A DNA stretch of 27,137 nt from Candidatus Methylomirabilales bacterium (GCA_046758505.1 JBHIAH010000030.1:1-27137), one strand, 5' to 3'. Positions 8,297 to 16,840 are shown, counted from the stretch's first letter. Program-made: numbers and translations. Notes: generated by a model not told the origin, from the letters alone.

Positions 8297-8731
8297 CTAT
8301 CGGTCTCCGGTGATGTAGTTTTCGAGCTGCTTTATCATGAAATCTTTTTCCGCGATGACGGCTTTCACCAGATCCCCAATGGAAACCACACCAATCACCT
8401 CGTCATTTCCGAGAACGGGGAGATGCCGGATACGCTTGTCAGTCATCAACGCCATGCAGTCTTCGATCGTCTGCTCCGGGCGCACGCAGATCACCTTCTG
8501 GGTCATGATCTCTCGCACAGGGGTCTCCAACGATGATTTCCCTTTAAGGATGACCTTTCTGGCGTAATCCCGTTCCGAGATGATGCCGGCCAGCCTCCCC
8601 TCCTCCAGGACCAGCAACGCTCCGACTTCCTTGTCGGCCATCAGATTCAGGGCATCATATACCGACGCATCCGGCGTAACGGACCAGAGGGCTTGCCCTT
8701 TCACCTGCAGGATATGTCTGACGGTTTTCAT
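8297..8731 (-). CDS. Stand-alone tandem CBS domain protein
   Basis: 144 aa: VYDALNLMADKEVGALLV, GIISERDYARKV, MTDKRIRHLPV, GVVSIGDLVK, LENYITG. Confidence 0.95.
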   Translation of the reverse strand: MKTVRHILQVKGQALWSVTPDASVYDALNLMADKEVGALLVLEEGRLAGIISERDYARKVILKGKSSLETPVREIMTQKVICVRPEQTIEDCMALMTDKRIRHLPVLGNDEVIGVVSIGDLVKAVIAEKDFMIKQLENYITGDR

Positions 8732-8901
8732 CGGTCAACCTCGTCTCCGGTCTCCTGCCGTGGTCCTCTCATCGATGCAAAAAGACATCCCTCGTTTGCT
8801 GCCTTTTTCCGATGGGAAGATCTCTCCGTCTGCCAACACCTGTACCCCACGTGAGCCTAGGTCTCCCGCCGCGGCTCCTTCACGGGGTCTCAGGGGTCCC
8901 T

Positions 8902-8930
8902 AGTATCGCTAACTCGGCCGGGAGTGTCAA
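8902..8930 (-). promoter_or_regulatory. Putative sigma70-type promoter TTGACA-N17-GATACT upstream of the CBS gene
   Basis: Perfect -35, 17-nt spacer, GATACT -10, intergenic and correctly oriented. Confidence 0.6.
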
Positions 8931-9032
8931 GTAGACTGTGGGGGCATAGTGATACCGAGAAACACCGCAGGCGCTGATCCTCGTCAGGACTGGGTTCCTG
9001 CTGGTCTCCCTCGACCGCTTTTCCCTACCGGC

Positions 9033-9434
9033 TTATCCATCCTTTTTCACGAGCTTGAGCGAGACAGAGTTGATGCAGTAGCGCTGCCGCGTCGGCGGGG
9101 GCCCATCGTCGAATACATGGCCGAGGTGGGCGTCACACGCGCTGCACAGCACTTCCATTCTTTGCATGCCCAGGCTATGATCGGGCTCCGTGCTTATATT
9201 CTGTGGGGCAATGGGGGCCCAGAAGCTCGGCCACCCGGTGCGTGAATCGAACTTGGTCTCCGAGCCGAACAGGTCATTCCCGCAACACGCACATTGATAA
9301 ATCCCATCCTCCGTGCAGCGGGTGTATTCTCCGGAGAACGGTCTCTCCGTCCCTTTCATTCGACAGATCCAGTACTGCTCCCGTGTCAGTTCCTGCCTCC
9401 ACTCTTTATCGGATTTGGATACCTTCTTGACCAT
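9033..9434 (-). CDS. msrB: Peptide-methionine (R)-S-oxide reductase MsrB
   Basis: GTERPFSG, two CxxC zinc motifs (CACC, CSAC), GWPSF, HLGHVFDDGP and RYCINS. Start reassigned to the ATG at 9434 behind GGAGG. Confidence 0.97.
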   Translation of the reverse strand: MVKKVSKSDKEWRQELTREQYWICRMKGTERPFSGEYTRCTEDGIYQCACCGNDLFGSETKFDSRTGWPSFWAPIAPQNISTEPDHSLGMQRMEVLCSACDAHLGHVFDDGPPPTRQRYCINSVSLKLVKKDG

Positions 9435-9549
9435 GTGAGAGACCTCCAAAGGCTCGTGATGCTTCCTCCTCCCAAAGCAACGGGACCAACCACGGACCAC
9501 GACAGGCGGGAGAACCAAAGTCAACACACAACAGTGCGTTTACTTTGGA

Positions 9550-9589
9550 GCAAGGGAGCCCTTGACGAAGACGTCAAGGGCTCCCTTGC
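9550..9589. terminator. Perfect 18-bp inverted repeat, possible terminator or RNA-processing stem
   Basis: gcaagggagcccttgacg-aaga-cgtcaagggctcccttgc lies 48 nt downstream of the TM0106 stop. There is no clear U-tract on either strand. Confidence 0.5.
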
Positions 9590-9637
9590 GGTCTAATGTT
9601 CTATTGTTCGATTGTCACATGATGAAATGCGTTTGTA

Positions 9638-11140
9638 TTAGGATTCCTTTCGCCCCGTCAGACGCTTCGTGAGCTCGTGATCCACGTACCACATGGCGCG
9701 GCAGTCATCCTCGTTATACGCAAGCGCTCTCTGGATACCGGATTCGTCTCGTCCATCCAGATAATCCCAGTAACAGATCATCGAATCAAAGGCATCGAAG
9801 TCCTTTTGCCGCCACCTGAACCCGAGCGCAGGCGCCACGCACTTCAGGGAGAATGAGGGAACGGGCAGGTAGACAGCCGATTTGATCGCCGGCATAAGAT
9901 CCACGCAGGAGGACATCAATCGGCGCAAGGGCGCCTCCAGGCTGGGCCACCGCTGAGCCACACGCATCATCTGTCCGATTTCATAATCGGTCCAGTGATA
10001 CAGCCGTGTCTCCTCCCCGCGGCCGACATATTGCAGAAAGTCGCTGAAAATCGCTTCTTCCTCCTCCGCCCCTCGTGCGAGAAAGTTGACAAACCGATTC
10101 CCCTCCGCATCCCAGCATCCGATCAGGTAGACATGTGGCGGCTCTGTCGGATGGACTTCGTCCGAGGTTTCAAAATCAAAGTAGAGATGCCGTTTGGCCC
10201 GGGGGATGACCAGCCGACATCCAGGCTTCAAGACGGGCTCCCCACTCTTGTAGGCCTGTGCCACGGAATACGCCTGCATCCCATATTGACGGCCCAGGAT
10301 GGCACATATTTCTTCCAGGTCAAGATTCCAAAGCTGATCGACCCGTTGAACGCCTGCCTCCCGGAGCCTTCCTCGTTCCCTGGGTGCGACCCCGGCCAAC
10401 AGAACCAGATCCCTCCTCTGCTCGACCAGTGTGTTCCCGTATATCCGCCAGGGTGAGGCGGTCACGTCCGGTGGCCTGCCGGGTTCGGGGATCACCCGTC
10501 CATCCCGTAGCGCCCTCCATTTCCCGACGATCTCCTTTAGTTCATTTTCCCTCTGGGAATACGATGCCCGCTCAATCGCATCCCGGAGGGCAACGGTCAT
10601 CTCGGCGGGGGTCCATCCCTGGAGTCTTCCGAGCATTCGGTTGTAGCAGGCGGCCTGCAAGACATGATGGTCCTGTACCGACTTGGCCCTCTTGATCTCT
10701 ACCAGGCGGTAGTGGTACGGCCCCAGGTCCGATCCGCGGGTGTCATCCCGGACCAGCAAATCAGCTTTGCCGTAGCTTTCGCCCTGCAGATCCCAGAGCT
10801 GCGGTTGGTAAATCGCGGCGACCCCCTCCACCATCGCCCGAAGCGTGTTCCGGAGCGCTTCAAAGCCGAAGTCAGGCGTCACCCTGACCGCATCCGGATA
10901 GTGCTCCCGCACCCAGCCCTGCTCATACTCGATGCCGCGTTGCCACCGCATCTCGTCATACCGGCTGGTTTCGTCTACGGCCTCCGATCGGGGGGCGTGA
11001 TATTCACACCACACCCAAAACGGATCTCGAAGCACCCGGTACACCAGGGAAGGCCGGAACAGGACCTGGCGGTCCAGCTGCCGTCCGCCGGTTGCTCGTT
11101 GGATGAGATCCTGAACCGTCACAACGCTGTCACTCTGCAC
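9638..11140 (-). CDS. TM0106 family RecB-like nuclease with C-terminal RNase H-like/DEDD exonuclease domain
   Basis: PD-(D/E)xK motifs GKADLLV..VEIKRAK..LQAACY, an HhH-like LLAGV..LREAGV segment, and DEDD motifs YFDFET, YHWTDYE, VDL, SLKCVAPALGF and YNEDDC. The GTG start is uncertain. Confidence 0.88.
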   Translation of the reverse strand: MQSDSVVTVQDLIQRATGGRQLDRQVLFRPSLVYRVLRDPFWVWCEYHAPRSEAVDETSRYDEMRWQRGIEYEQGWVREHYPDAVRVTPDFGFEALRNTLRAMVEGVAAIYQPQLWDLQGESYGKADLLVRDDTRGSDLGPYHYRLVEIKRAKSVQDHHVLQAACYNRMLGRLQGWTPAEMTVALRDAIERASYSQRENELKEIVGKWRALRDGRVIPEPGRPPDVTASPWRIYGNTLVEQRRDLVLLAGVAPRERGRLREAGVQRVDQLWNLDLEEICAILGRQYGMQAYSVAQAYKSGEPVLKPGCRLVIPRAKRHLYFDFETSDEVHPTEPPHVYLIGCWDAEGNRFVNFLARGAEEEEAIFSDFLQYVGRGEETRLYHWTDYEIGQMMRVAQRWPSLEAPLRRLMSSCVDLMPAIKSAVYLPVPSFSLKCVAPALGFRWRQKDFDAFDSMICYWDYLDGRDESGIQRALAYNEDDCRAMWYVDHELTKRLTGRKES

Positions 11141-11206
11141 AGGTCGATGAAGCGGGCAGTCCCTTTGCCTCCCTTTTCCACGAAGGTTCCGCAGTCCCGG
11201 GGGACA

Positions 11207-11623
11207 TTACTTGCGGCTTTCGCTTGCTTTGGCATTGGGCGCGGTGACCTGAACCTTGATCCACTCGGCGCGACCGTTGTCCTTCCGTTCTTTCCCTTGA
11301 TACTTGATCTCGACCACCTGGCCTTTCCGCAGGGTCGCAAAGGTCCCGTACTGATTGGGCAAACGGAGCGTGCTCCTGTCCAACCAGATCCTCGTGCGAT
11401 CGGTGACCTTTGCCCGCCAGGTTCGGGACGGCCCGGCGACGGTGATGCTCTGCCCCCGAGACTTGACGCTCTGGATCGTTCCAATAATCGTGACCTTGTG
11501 AGACAGTCCGGGAGACTGCCCAAGAGGGATGAACATTTCCGTCGCCTTTTGTCCGTGGGCATACGGTGTACCGCCCCAGAGCAATACGGCAATTGCAACC
11601 AGTCCCGTCCAAAACTTCCACAT
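11207..11623 (-). CDS. Small basic secreted protein, probable beta-rich/OB-like fold
   Basis: ATG at 11623 behind an AAGGAGG RBS. Signal peptide MWKFWTGLVAIAVLLWGGTPYAHG, then a GTIQSV..SITV..KVTDRTRI..LRKGQVVEIKY..AEWIKV pattern reminiscent of DUF5666-type OB folds. Confidence 0.75.
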   Translation of the reverse strand: MWKFWTGLVAIAVLLWGGTPYAHGQKATEMFIPLGQSPGLSHKVTIIGTIQSVKSRGQSITVAGPSRTWRAKVTDRTRIWLDRSTLRLPNQYGTFATLRKGQVVEIKYQGKERKDNGRAEWIKVQVTAPNAKASESRK

Positions 11624-11659
11624 GATTACCCGCCTCCTTCGCAACGACTGTAGGCTTGC

Positions 11660-13048
11660 CTACGATGATTCGACGAGCAGCGCTCTCGCCTTCTCCTGTT
11701 CGCGGATCGCGTTTTTCGTGTGCGCGCGCCTGAAGAAAAAGCTCCGGGCTGCTCTCTTTGTCAGCTTCTTGGCCTCTTTCAGGTGGGCGACCGCATCGGG
11801 ATGCAGGCCGCCGCCTTTGAGCACCATGATGCTGTCCTTTGTCTCGGCGAGGGCACGTCCCAAGAGCTCCCTCGTCCGTTCGGACCGTTTCTCAAGACTC
11901 GCCTCCAACTGTGCAATACTTTCCCGAATATTCTCAAGGGCATTGATAACCCGAAGGAAGGCTGCGACTTCAACTACCTGCGTCCCGTCCAAATTGATTC
12001 CACTGCCAGTCGCGCCTCGTAACAGTTGGCCCGCTGGAGAGTTGTTGAAGGCGTCCCCATTGTAAAAGGCGACCGCGCCTTCGATCGTTTCGACTGAATC
12101 GTTATGGAAGAACGGCCCGGTGTCGGCCGCCTCCACGAGGGGAGGTGTATTGAACGTGCCGTCGCCCGGGGTGTCGAATCCGTCATCGGGCGGTACCTTC
12201 TCCCCCGTCAGATCTGCCGGCTGGTCCGGCAAGTTTTCGACGCCGGTGTCGAAGTTCAAATTACCTGCTCCCGCGCCAAAGATGTTCGGGTCCCCGTTGG
12301 CACCAGCGTTGACGTGACAGGCGGAGCACTTCCCGATAGTCGGATCAAGAAAAATCTCCTGGCCTCGCTTTGCGACGGTACCTTTCAGTGGCAACGGCAA
12401 AGTCAAGTCCTGTTGTCGTCCCAGGGAGAGCTGGAATGCCTCCAGGGCATCCAGTTCCTCCTCGGTGGGGAGCCGAAAATCCACGCCGGGGATGCGATTC
12501 AAGGTCTTGGTGAAGTGCTGAATGACCGCGCCGGTGGCAAATGACCGAAGCGATCCATCTCCTGGCGCGCCATCCCCCGACCAGCCTGTCCGAGGGCCCT
12601 GGCGACTATCCACTGAGGTCCGCAGGCCCAGTGTGTGGGGGACGCCCCGCATGTTGAAATTGTTTTCCAGGTCCCCAAATCCGTCCTGGTTTTCCAGGAT
12701 GAGCCCCAACTCTCGCATCAGCCTCGGGTTTTCGAAGTTCTTTTTCAGGGCCGGATTGAACTCGGCGACGAAGAGGGGATCGTCATCGGGCAGAGTGGCG
12801 ATAAAGGCGGGATCGATGGTGAAGTTGTTTTCCGGTGGATGGCAACTTGCACATGTTCGTCCGTTGCCATCGAACGTCTCCGTGAGGAAGAGCTGTCTCC
12901 CCTTCTCGATGAGTTCAGCCTGGGGATCCGGTGTGGGGGGTGGCAGGGTTTGACAACTCGCAAGGGTGATAACGCCGAGCACACCGAGTGCGACCCATCT
13001 TGCGGTTGCTGACTCGATCGCACGATGCGTCAGGTTTCTATCGTTCAT
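11660..13048 (-). CDS. Di-haem cytochrome c peroxidase superfamily lipoprotein (MauG/MbnH-like)
   Basis: Two CxxCH motifs (CASCH, CSACH), GRQLF, RGQEIF, FNTPPL and TGPFFHN. Lipobox LASC follows a hydrophobic stretch. Start reassigned to the ATG at 13048 behind GGAGGAGG. Confidence 0.85.
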   Translation of the reverse strand: MNDRNLTHRAIESATARWVALGVLGVITLASCQTLPPPTPDPQAELIEKGRQLFLTETFDGNGRTCASCHPPENNFTIDPAFIATLPDDDPLFVAEFNPALKKNFENPRLMRELGLILENQDGFGDLENNFNMRGVPHTLGLRTSVDSRQGPRTGWSGDGAPGDGSLRSFATGAVIQHFTKTLNRIPGVDFRLPTEEELDALEAFQLSLGRQQDLTLPLPLKGTVAKRGQEIFLDPTIGKCSACHVNAGANGDPNIFGAGAGNLNFDTGVENLPDQPADLTGEKVPPDDGFDTPGDGTFNTPPLVEAADTGPFFHNDSVETIEGAVAFYNGDAFNNSPAGQLLRGATGSGINLDGTQVVEVAAFLRVINALENIRESIAQLEASLEKRSERTRELLGRALAETKDSIMVLKGGGLHPDAVAHLKEAKKLTKRAARSFFFRRAHTKNAIREQEKARALLVESS

Positions 13049-13240
13049 ACCTCCTCCCTTCTTTCGCATTTTGTACATTTCTGCGCAACGAAGGCCAGTG
13101 TCGCAGGATGGCGAGAGCGATCGACACCTCGCGTTCGCCGGGGGAGCCGCCTGGCTATTTCCCAAATCAACGGGCATGCCGGAGGTGGGCTAAGCTGTCC
13201 CTAGCCCTATGGGACTCTTGCACCTCGAGAAGGCGGCTGA

Positions 13241-13269
13241 AGTATCCCCCGCCACGGCAGGGCTGTCAA
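13241..13269 (-). promoter_or_regulatory. Putative sigma70-type promoter TTGACA-N17-GATACT upstream of the di-haem gene
   Basis: Perfect -35, 17-nt spacer, GATACT -10, ~190 nt upstream of ATG 13048. Confidence 0.6.
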
Positions 13270-13625
13270 GCGCAAGCGTTACCCGAGTCGTTGGACCTCA
13301 CCTCCTCTCTAGGCCGCATCCGGCCCCTTCCACGCCGCCCTCACAATTCTCCTCGCCGATGCCGAGATCGATGAGGACAGCCCTATGAACCGCGGTCGTC
13401 CTCCCGCGGGGCGGCCCCGACTGTCTCATCAGATGGCTCGCGCGACCCCTGTCCGCAACATCATTTCCCGGTCACGGAGCGCCCTGTGGGGGCCACATGG
13501 CAGACTCCATGCCAAATGCGGAAGGCTCCACGACCCACGGTCGCAATGTTCCTGATTTTCCCTCTCTTGCCCGGAACGTCGATGCGCGGGCCGTCGGCAA
13601 GTCGGGCGCTCTTTTGAAGCGCAAA

Positions 13626-13662
13626 ATGTAACGCTTACACGGTAGGAATGTAAGGATTACAT
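13626..13662. promoter_or_regulatory. Tandem palindromic sites TGTAA-N3-TTACA (candidate operator pair)
   Basis: tgtaaCGCttaca at 13627-13639 and atgtaaGGAttacat at 13648-13662, offset by 22 nt. They form an AT-rich island in GC-rich intergenic DNA. Confidence 0.5.
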
Positions 13663-13706
13663 CGTGGGGACGGGGGGAAAGGGCAGTCAGGAGGCCTTCA
13701 CTCGCA

Positions 13707-14504
13707 TCACGCAATCCTCCTTGCTTCTTGAACCATTTCCACCAAAACCGCCCTGGTTTCTTGCGGACTTTTCACGTCGCGGGTGAAGGGGATGCGGGCA
13801 CCCTGAACGCGGTCCCCTTTCTTTAGTCGCACATGAAAACCGAGGCGGTCCACCGACGTCATCGTCGCTTCATCGACCTCGACACCACCGAAAACTCGTG
13901 CAAGCACAAGCAACGCGTCGGCGTGATCGGCGTTCATGTGCCGGACAATTCCCGGCGCGGCATCGGCGAGCGGGTCGGGCTCGGCCTGAGCATACTCCTC
14001 AGCCGACACCCACCCCATCACGCCAAAGCCACCCACGAAATAGACATCGAGGACCTCCATCCGGTAAAAGGCGAAATCCTCGAAGTCAACCCAATACTTT
14101 GCCTGCTCATGTCGGGCCAGGTAGAGCGGGCGTGCTTGGTCCCGCTCTTCTCCTGGAACGAGAGACACATGGCCCATGAGGGTGACACGACCGCTCCCCA
14201 GTGGGTCCACACCGCCATCGGGCTGCGTCACCAGCAGGCTGGCGCGGCTATCCCTTGCAATGTTCTGGGTGTGGACGGCCATGTTGCTGATGAGGAAGAT
14301 GGGGCGGCCGAGCCCGTCGAGCCCATACGGCATAACAGAGCCAAACGGGTAGCCTGGACGTTTTCGGGAAGCGGTCGAGAAGCTGCCGACCCGGCCAACA
14401 TAGAGCAATGTCCGGGCCCGTTCGGCGTAGCTCGGTTCAGGCACCGCAGGCTTGTCGGTTTCGGGTTCACCCCCCGCGTGGTGCCCGCGAGATCGATCAG
14501 ACAC
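13707..14504 (-). CDS. HugZ/HutZ-like pyridoxamine 5'-phosphate oxidase-fold protein with C-terminal DUF2470 (haem-binding/GluTR-binding type)
   Basis: GYPFGSVMPY, LISNMAVHTQNI, RVTLMG, YFVGGFG, IVRHMNADHAD and VDRLGF..RIPF. GTG start behind GGGAGG. Confidence 0.9.
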   Translation of the reverse strand: MSDRSRGHHAGGEPETDKPAVPEPSYAERARTLLYVGRVGSFSTASRKRPGYPFGSVMPYGLDGLGRPIFLISNMAVHTQNIARDSRASLLVTQPDGGVDPLGSGRVTLMGHVSLVPGEERDQARPLYLARHEQAKYWVDFEDFAFYRMEVLDVYFVGGFGVMGWVSAEEYAQAEPDPLADAAPGIVRHMNADHADALLVLARVFGGVEVDEATMTSVDRLGFHVRLKKGDRVQGARIPFTRDVKSPQETRAVLVEMVQEARRIA

Positions 14505-14851
14505 TCAGCGTTCCTCCCGCCTTGATCCTCATCGGCCGGACCACTGACCCTGAATTTCAACCATGGATGTAATCCCCCCTAGTGAACACAATGATAGCGC
14601 AATGGCTAAATATAGGGAAGCTGCGTCAGGATGCACGCGTTAGCACAGCGCTGGAGGGAGGTTTTGGAGCTCTCCTAGGTTCATCAGCGCCTGGCGATGG
14701 CATCGATGGTGGGGGGGGACTCGCCTCCCTCCGGAGGCGAGAAATGCCCGCAGCACCGCGTGATCCGAAAGCAGTTTCATAAGGTTGTGCACTGGTTGTC
14801 CGGGAGGGTTACACTATCGTGCGGATTGCCTTTGCTCACAAAGGCGCCCTC

Positions 14852-15716
14852 TCACCCGTTGAGACTCTTGGGATCAGCCTGAACCACCATCGCGATGAGT
14901 TTCTCAAAAGGGACCTCCGGTTCCCAACCGAGCTTGATCTTCGCCTTGCTGTCAACCCCCACCAGGAGATCCGCCTCGGCTGATCGGAATAGGGCCTGAT
15001 CAACGGCGATGTAATCCTCCCAACCCAGGCCTACTTGCTGAAACGCGATGTCGGCTAGCTCTTGGACACCGTGGGTCCTCCCCGTCACCACGACACAATC
15101 CCCCGGCTCGTCCTGCTAGAGCATCAGCCACATGGCCTCGACATAATCACCGGCAAACCCCTAGTCCGTCTTCAGTACGAGGTTCCCCAGCCTCAATTCC
15201 TTTGCCAATCGCAATCTGATCTTGGCGACGCCATGGGTCACCTTTCTCGCGACGAATTCGAGACCTCGCCGAGGCGACTCATGATTGAAAAGGATCCCCA
15301 AACAGGCAAATAGGTTATAGCTTTCCCGATAATGCACCGTAATCCAGAGGCCATAGGTCTTTGACACCCCGTAGCGGCTTCGCGGAAGAAATGGTGTCCG
15401 CTCATTCTGTGGTCTCTCTTTCACCATACCGAACATCTCACTGCTGGAGGCCTGATACAATTTGGTATCCGGTTTTTCCTTTCCAATCGCCTCCAGAATC
15501 CTTGTCGCCCCAAGGCCAGTGACGTCGGCGGTAAGCACAGGCTGATTCCAGGAGGTGGGGATGAACGATTGTGAGGCCAGATTATAGACTTCGTCCGGTC
15601 GCGCCGTCTTGATGGCCCCATCGGGAGAAGACCGATCCGTAAAGAAGCTCCCCTACGTAGGAGCCATCCTGTCCTGTGATTCCCGTGATCAACGCTTTTT
15701 TCGCATCCGCTCTCAT
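14852..15716 (-). pseudogene. gmd: Disrupted GDP-mannose 4,6-dehydratase
   Basis: The N-terminus MRADAKKALITGITGQDGSYVGELL is followed by a frameshifting deletion near 15642, then ..RPDEVYNLASQS..QASSSEMFG..ILFNHESPRRG. In-frame TAG stops at 15161-15163 (D*GFAGDYVEAMWLML, normally W) and 15116-15118 (normally Q). Confidence 0.92.
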
Positions 15717-16837
15717 TTGTGTCCTCCAACTTGCTCCAAAACGCTCAGAATTTTGCTGCAGGTCTGCTCAACGGAAAAATGTTTGCTTCGCTCTAGCCCT
15801 TTCCCGATCAATTTTTCTCGCAAGGCTGGATCGGTAAGAAGGAGAAAAATCGCTTGAGCTATTTCATCAGTATTCTCTGGGTCGATCAGAAGTCCCGCGT
15901 CATCAACAATCTCCGGAAGGGATGTAACCTTGGACGCAATAACGGGCGTCCCACAGGCCATGGCTTCAAGAACAGGCATCCCAAAGCCTTCATAAAGGGA
16001 GGGATACACAAGCACCTCTGCTCCGCTATGGAGCAATGGCAGCTCCTCATCCGGGACAAATCCCGTCAAGACCACTAATTCACAGAGATCCAAATTCTCC
16101 ACGGCCTTTTCTACATCTGGTCGATACCGTTCATCTTTTCCTGCCAGAACCAACTGATGGTCCCCCTTTAACCTTTTTGAAACCTTCCGGTATGCTTCAA
16201 GCAATCTTCCGAGATTTTTATGAGGCTTCAGGTTGCCGACATAGAGCACGTAGGGTGAAATAATTCCATACTTGCGAGTGACGCTCATAACAGCCTGCCG
16301 ATTCTGAATGAGCTGAAACCCCGGCGAGATCCCATTGGGGACTACCACGATCTTCGAGCGAGGGATCCTAAACAGTTCAGCGATATCCTGCTGGGAATGA
16401 AGCGAAACTGTGAGAATCAAGGCGGCATGCTTTGAAAGAAATCGCCCCCATTGCTGGAAGATGGCGTTATGGATAGCATACCGCCACCCTCTATATGTGG
16501 ACACCTTCAGAAAGAGCAGGTCATGGACCGTAGTCACATATGGACATGGTGCCAAGAGAGGGCCTTTGATATATGGTGAAAGAAAAACGTTTAACCTATC
16601 TTTTTCTATGCTACGAGGCAAGGAGACCTGATCCCACCATAGAGTGACTCTCTCCGGAATAATTTTAACCGCAAGATTCTCAGTTGAGACCGGGACTTGC
16701 GTCTTTTGATTACCATAGATGATAAATTGATAAGCAGGCCTTGCCTTCGTCGCATAGGTGAGAAAATTCTCAAGGTATCGTCCGATACCCGTCATTGTCT
16801 TGGCCTCTAACTCTCGTCCATCAATTCCGATTCGCAC
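15713..16837 (-). CDS. GT4 glycosyltransferase (MtfB/WbpY-like mannosyl/rhamnosyl-transferase type)
   Basis: MRIGIDGR..TGIGRY, TVHDL, YVGNLKPHKNL, YPSLYEGFGMPVLEAMACGTPV and SLPEIV. Its stop overlaps the gmd ATG. Confidence 0.92.
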   Translation of the reverse strand: MRIGIDGRELEAKTMTGIGRYLENFLTYATKARPAYQFIIYGNQKTQVPVSTENLAVKIIPERVTLWWDQVSLPRSIEKDRLNVFLSPYIKGPLLAPCPYVTTVHDLLFLKVSTYRGWRYAIHNAIFQQWGRFLSKHAALILTVSLHSQQDIAELFRIPRSKIVVVPNGISPGFQLIQNRQAVMSVTRKYGIISPYVLYVGNLKPHKNLGRLLEAYRKVSKRLKGDHQLVLAGKDERYRPDVEKAVENLDLCELVVLTGFVPDEELPLLHSGAEVLVYPSLYEGFGMPVLEAMACGTPVIASKVTSLPEIVDDAGLLIDPENTDEIAQAIFLLLTDPALREKLIGKGLERSKHFSVEQTCSKILSVLEQVGGHK

Positions 16838-16840
16838 TTT

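Noticed and set aside
8732..8895. Long 5' leader of the CBS gene as a possible riboswitch
   Set aside because: I could not recognise any riboswitch consensus or terminator by eye. An Rfam/Infernal scan would be needed.
14720..14741. 9-bp hairpin downstream of the gmd pseudogene as the operon terminator
   Set aside because: No U-tract on the transcribed strand, and short GC-rich stems are expected by chance here.
15116..15163. Two in-frame TAG codons in gmd as possible amber recoding or pyrrolysine
   Set aside because: The same gene has a frameshifting deletion and decayed motifs, and TAG is used as a normal stop elsewhere in the window.
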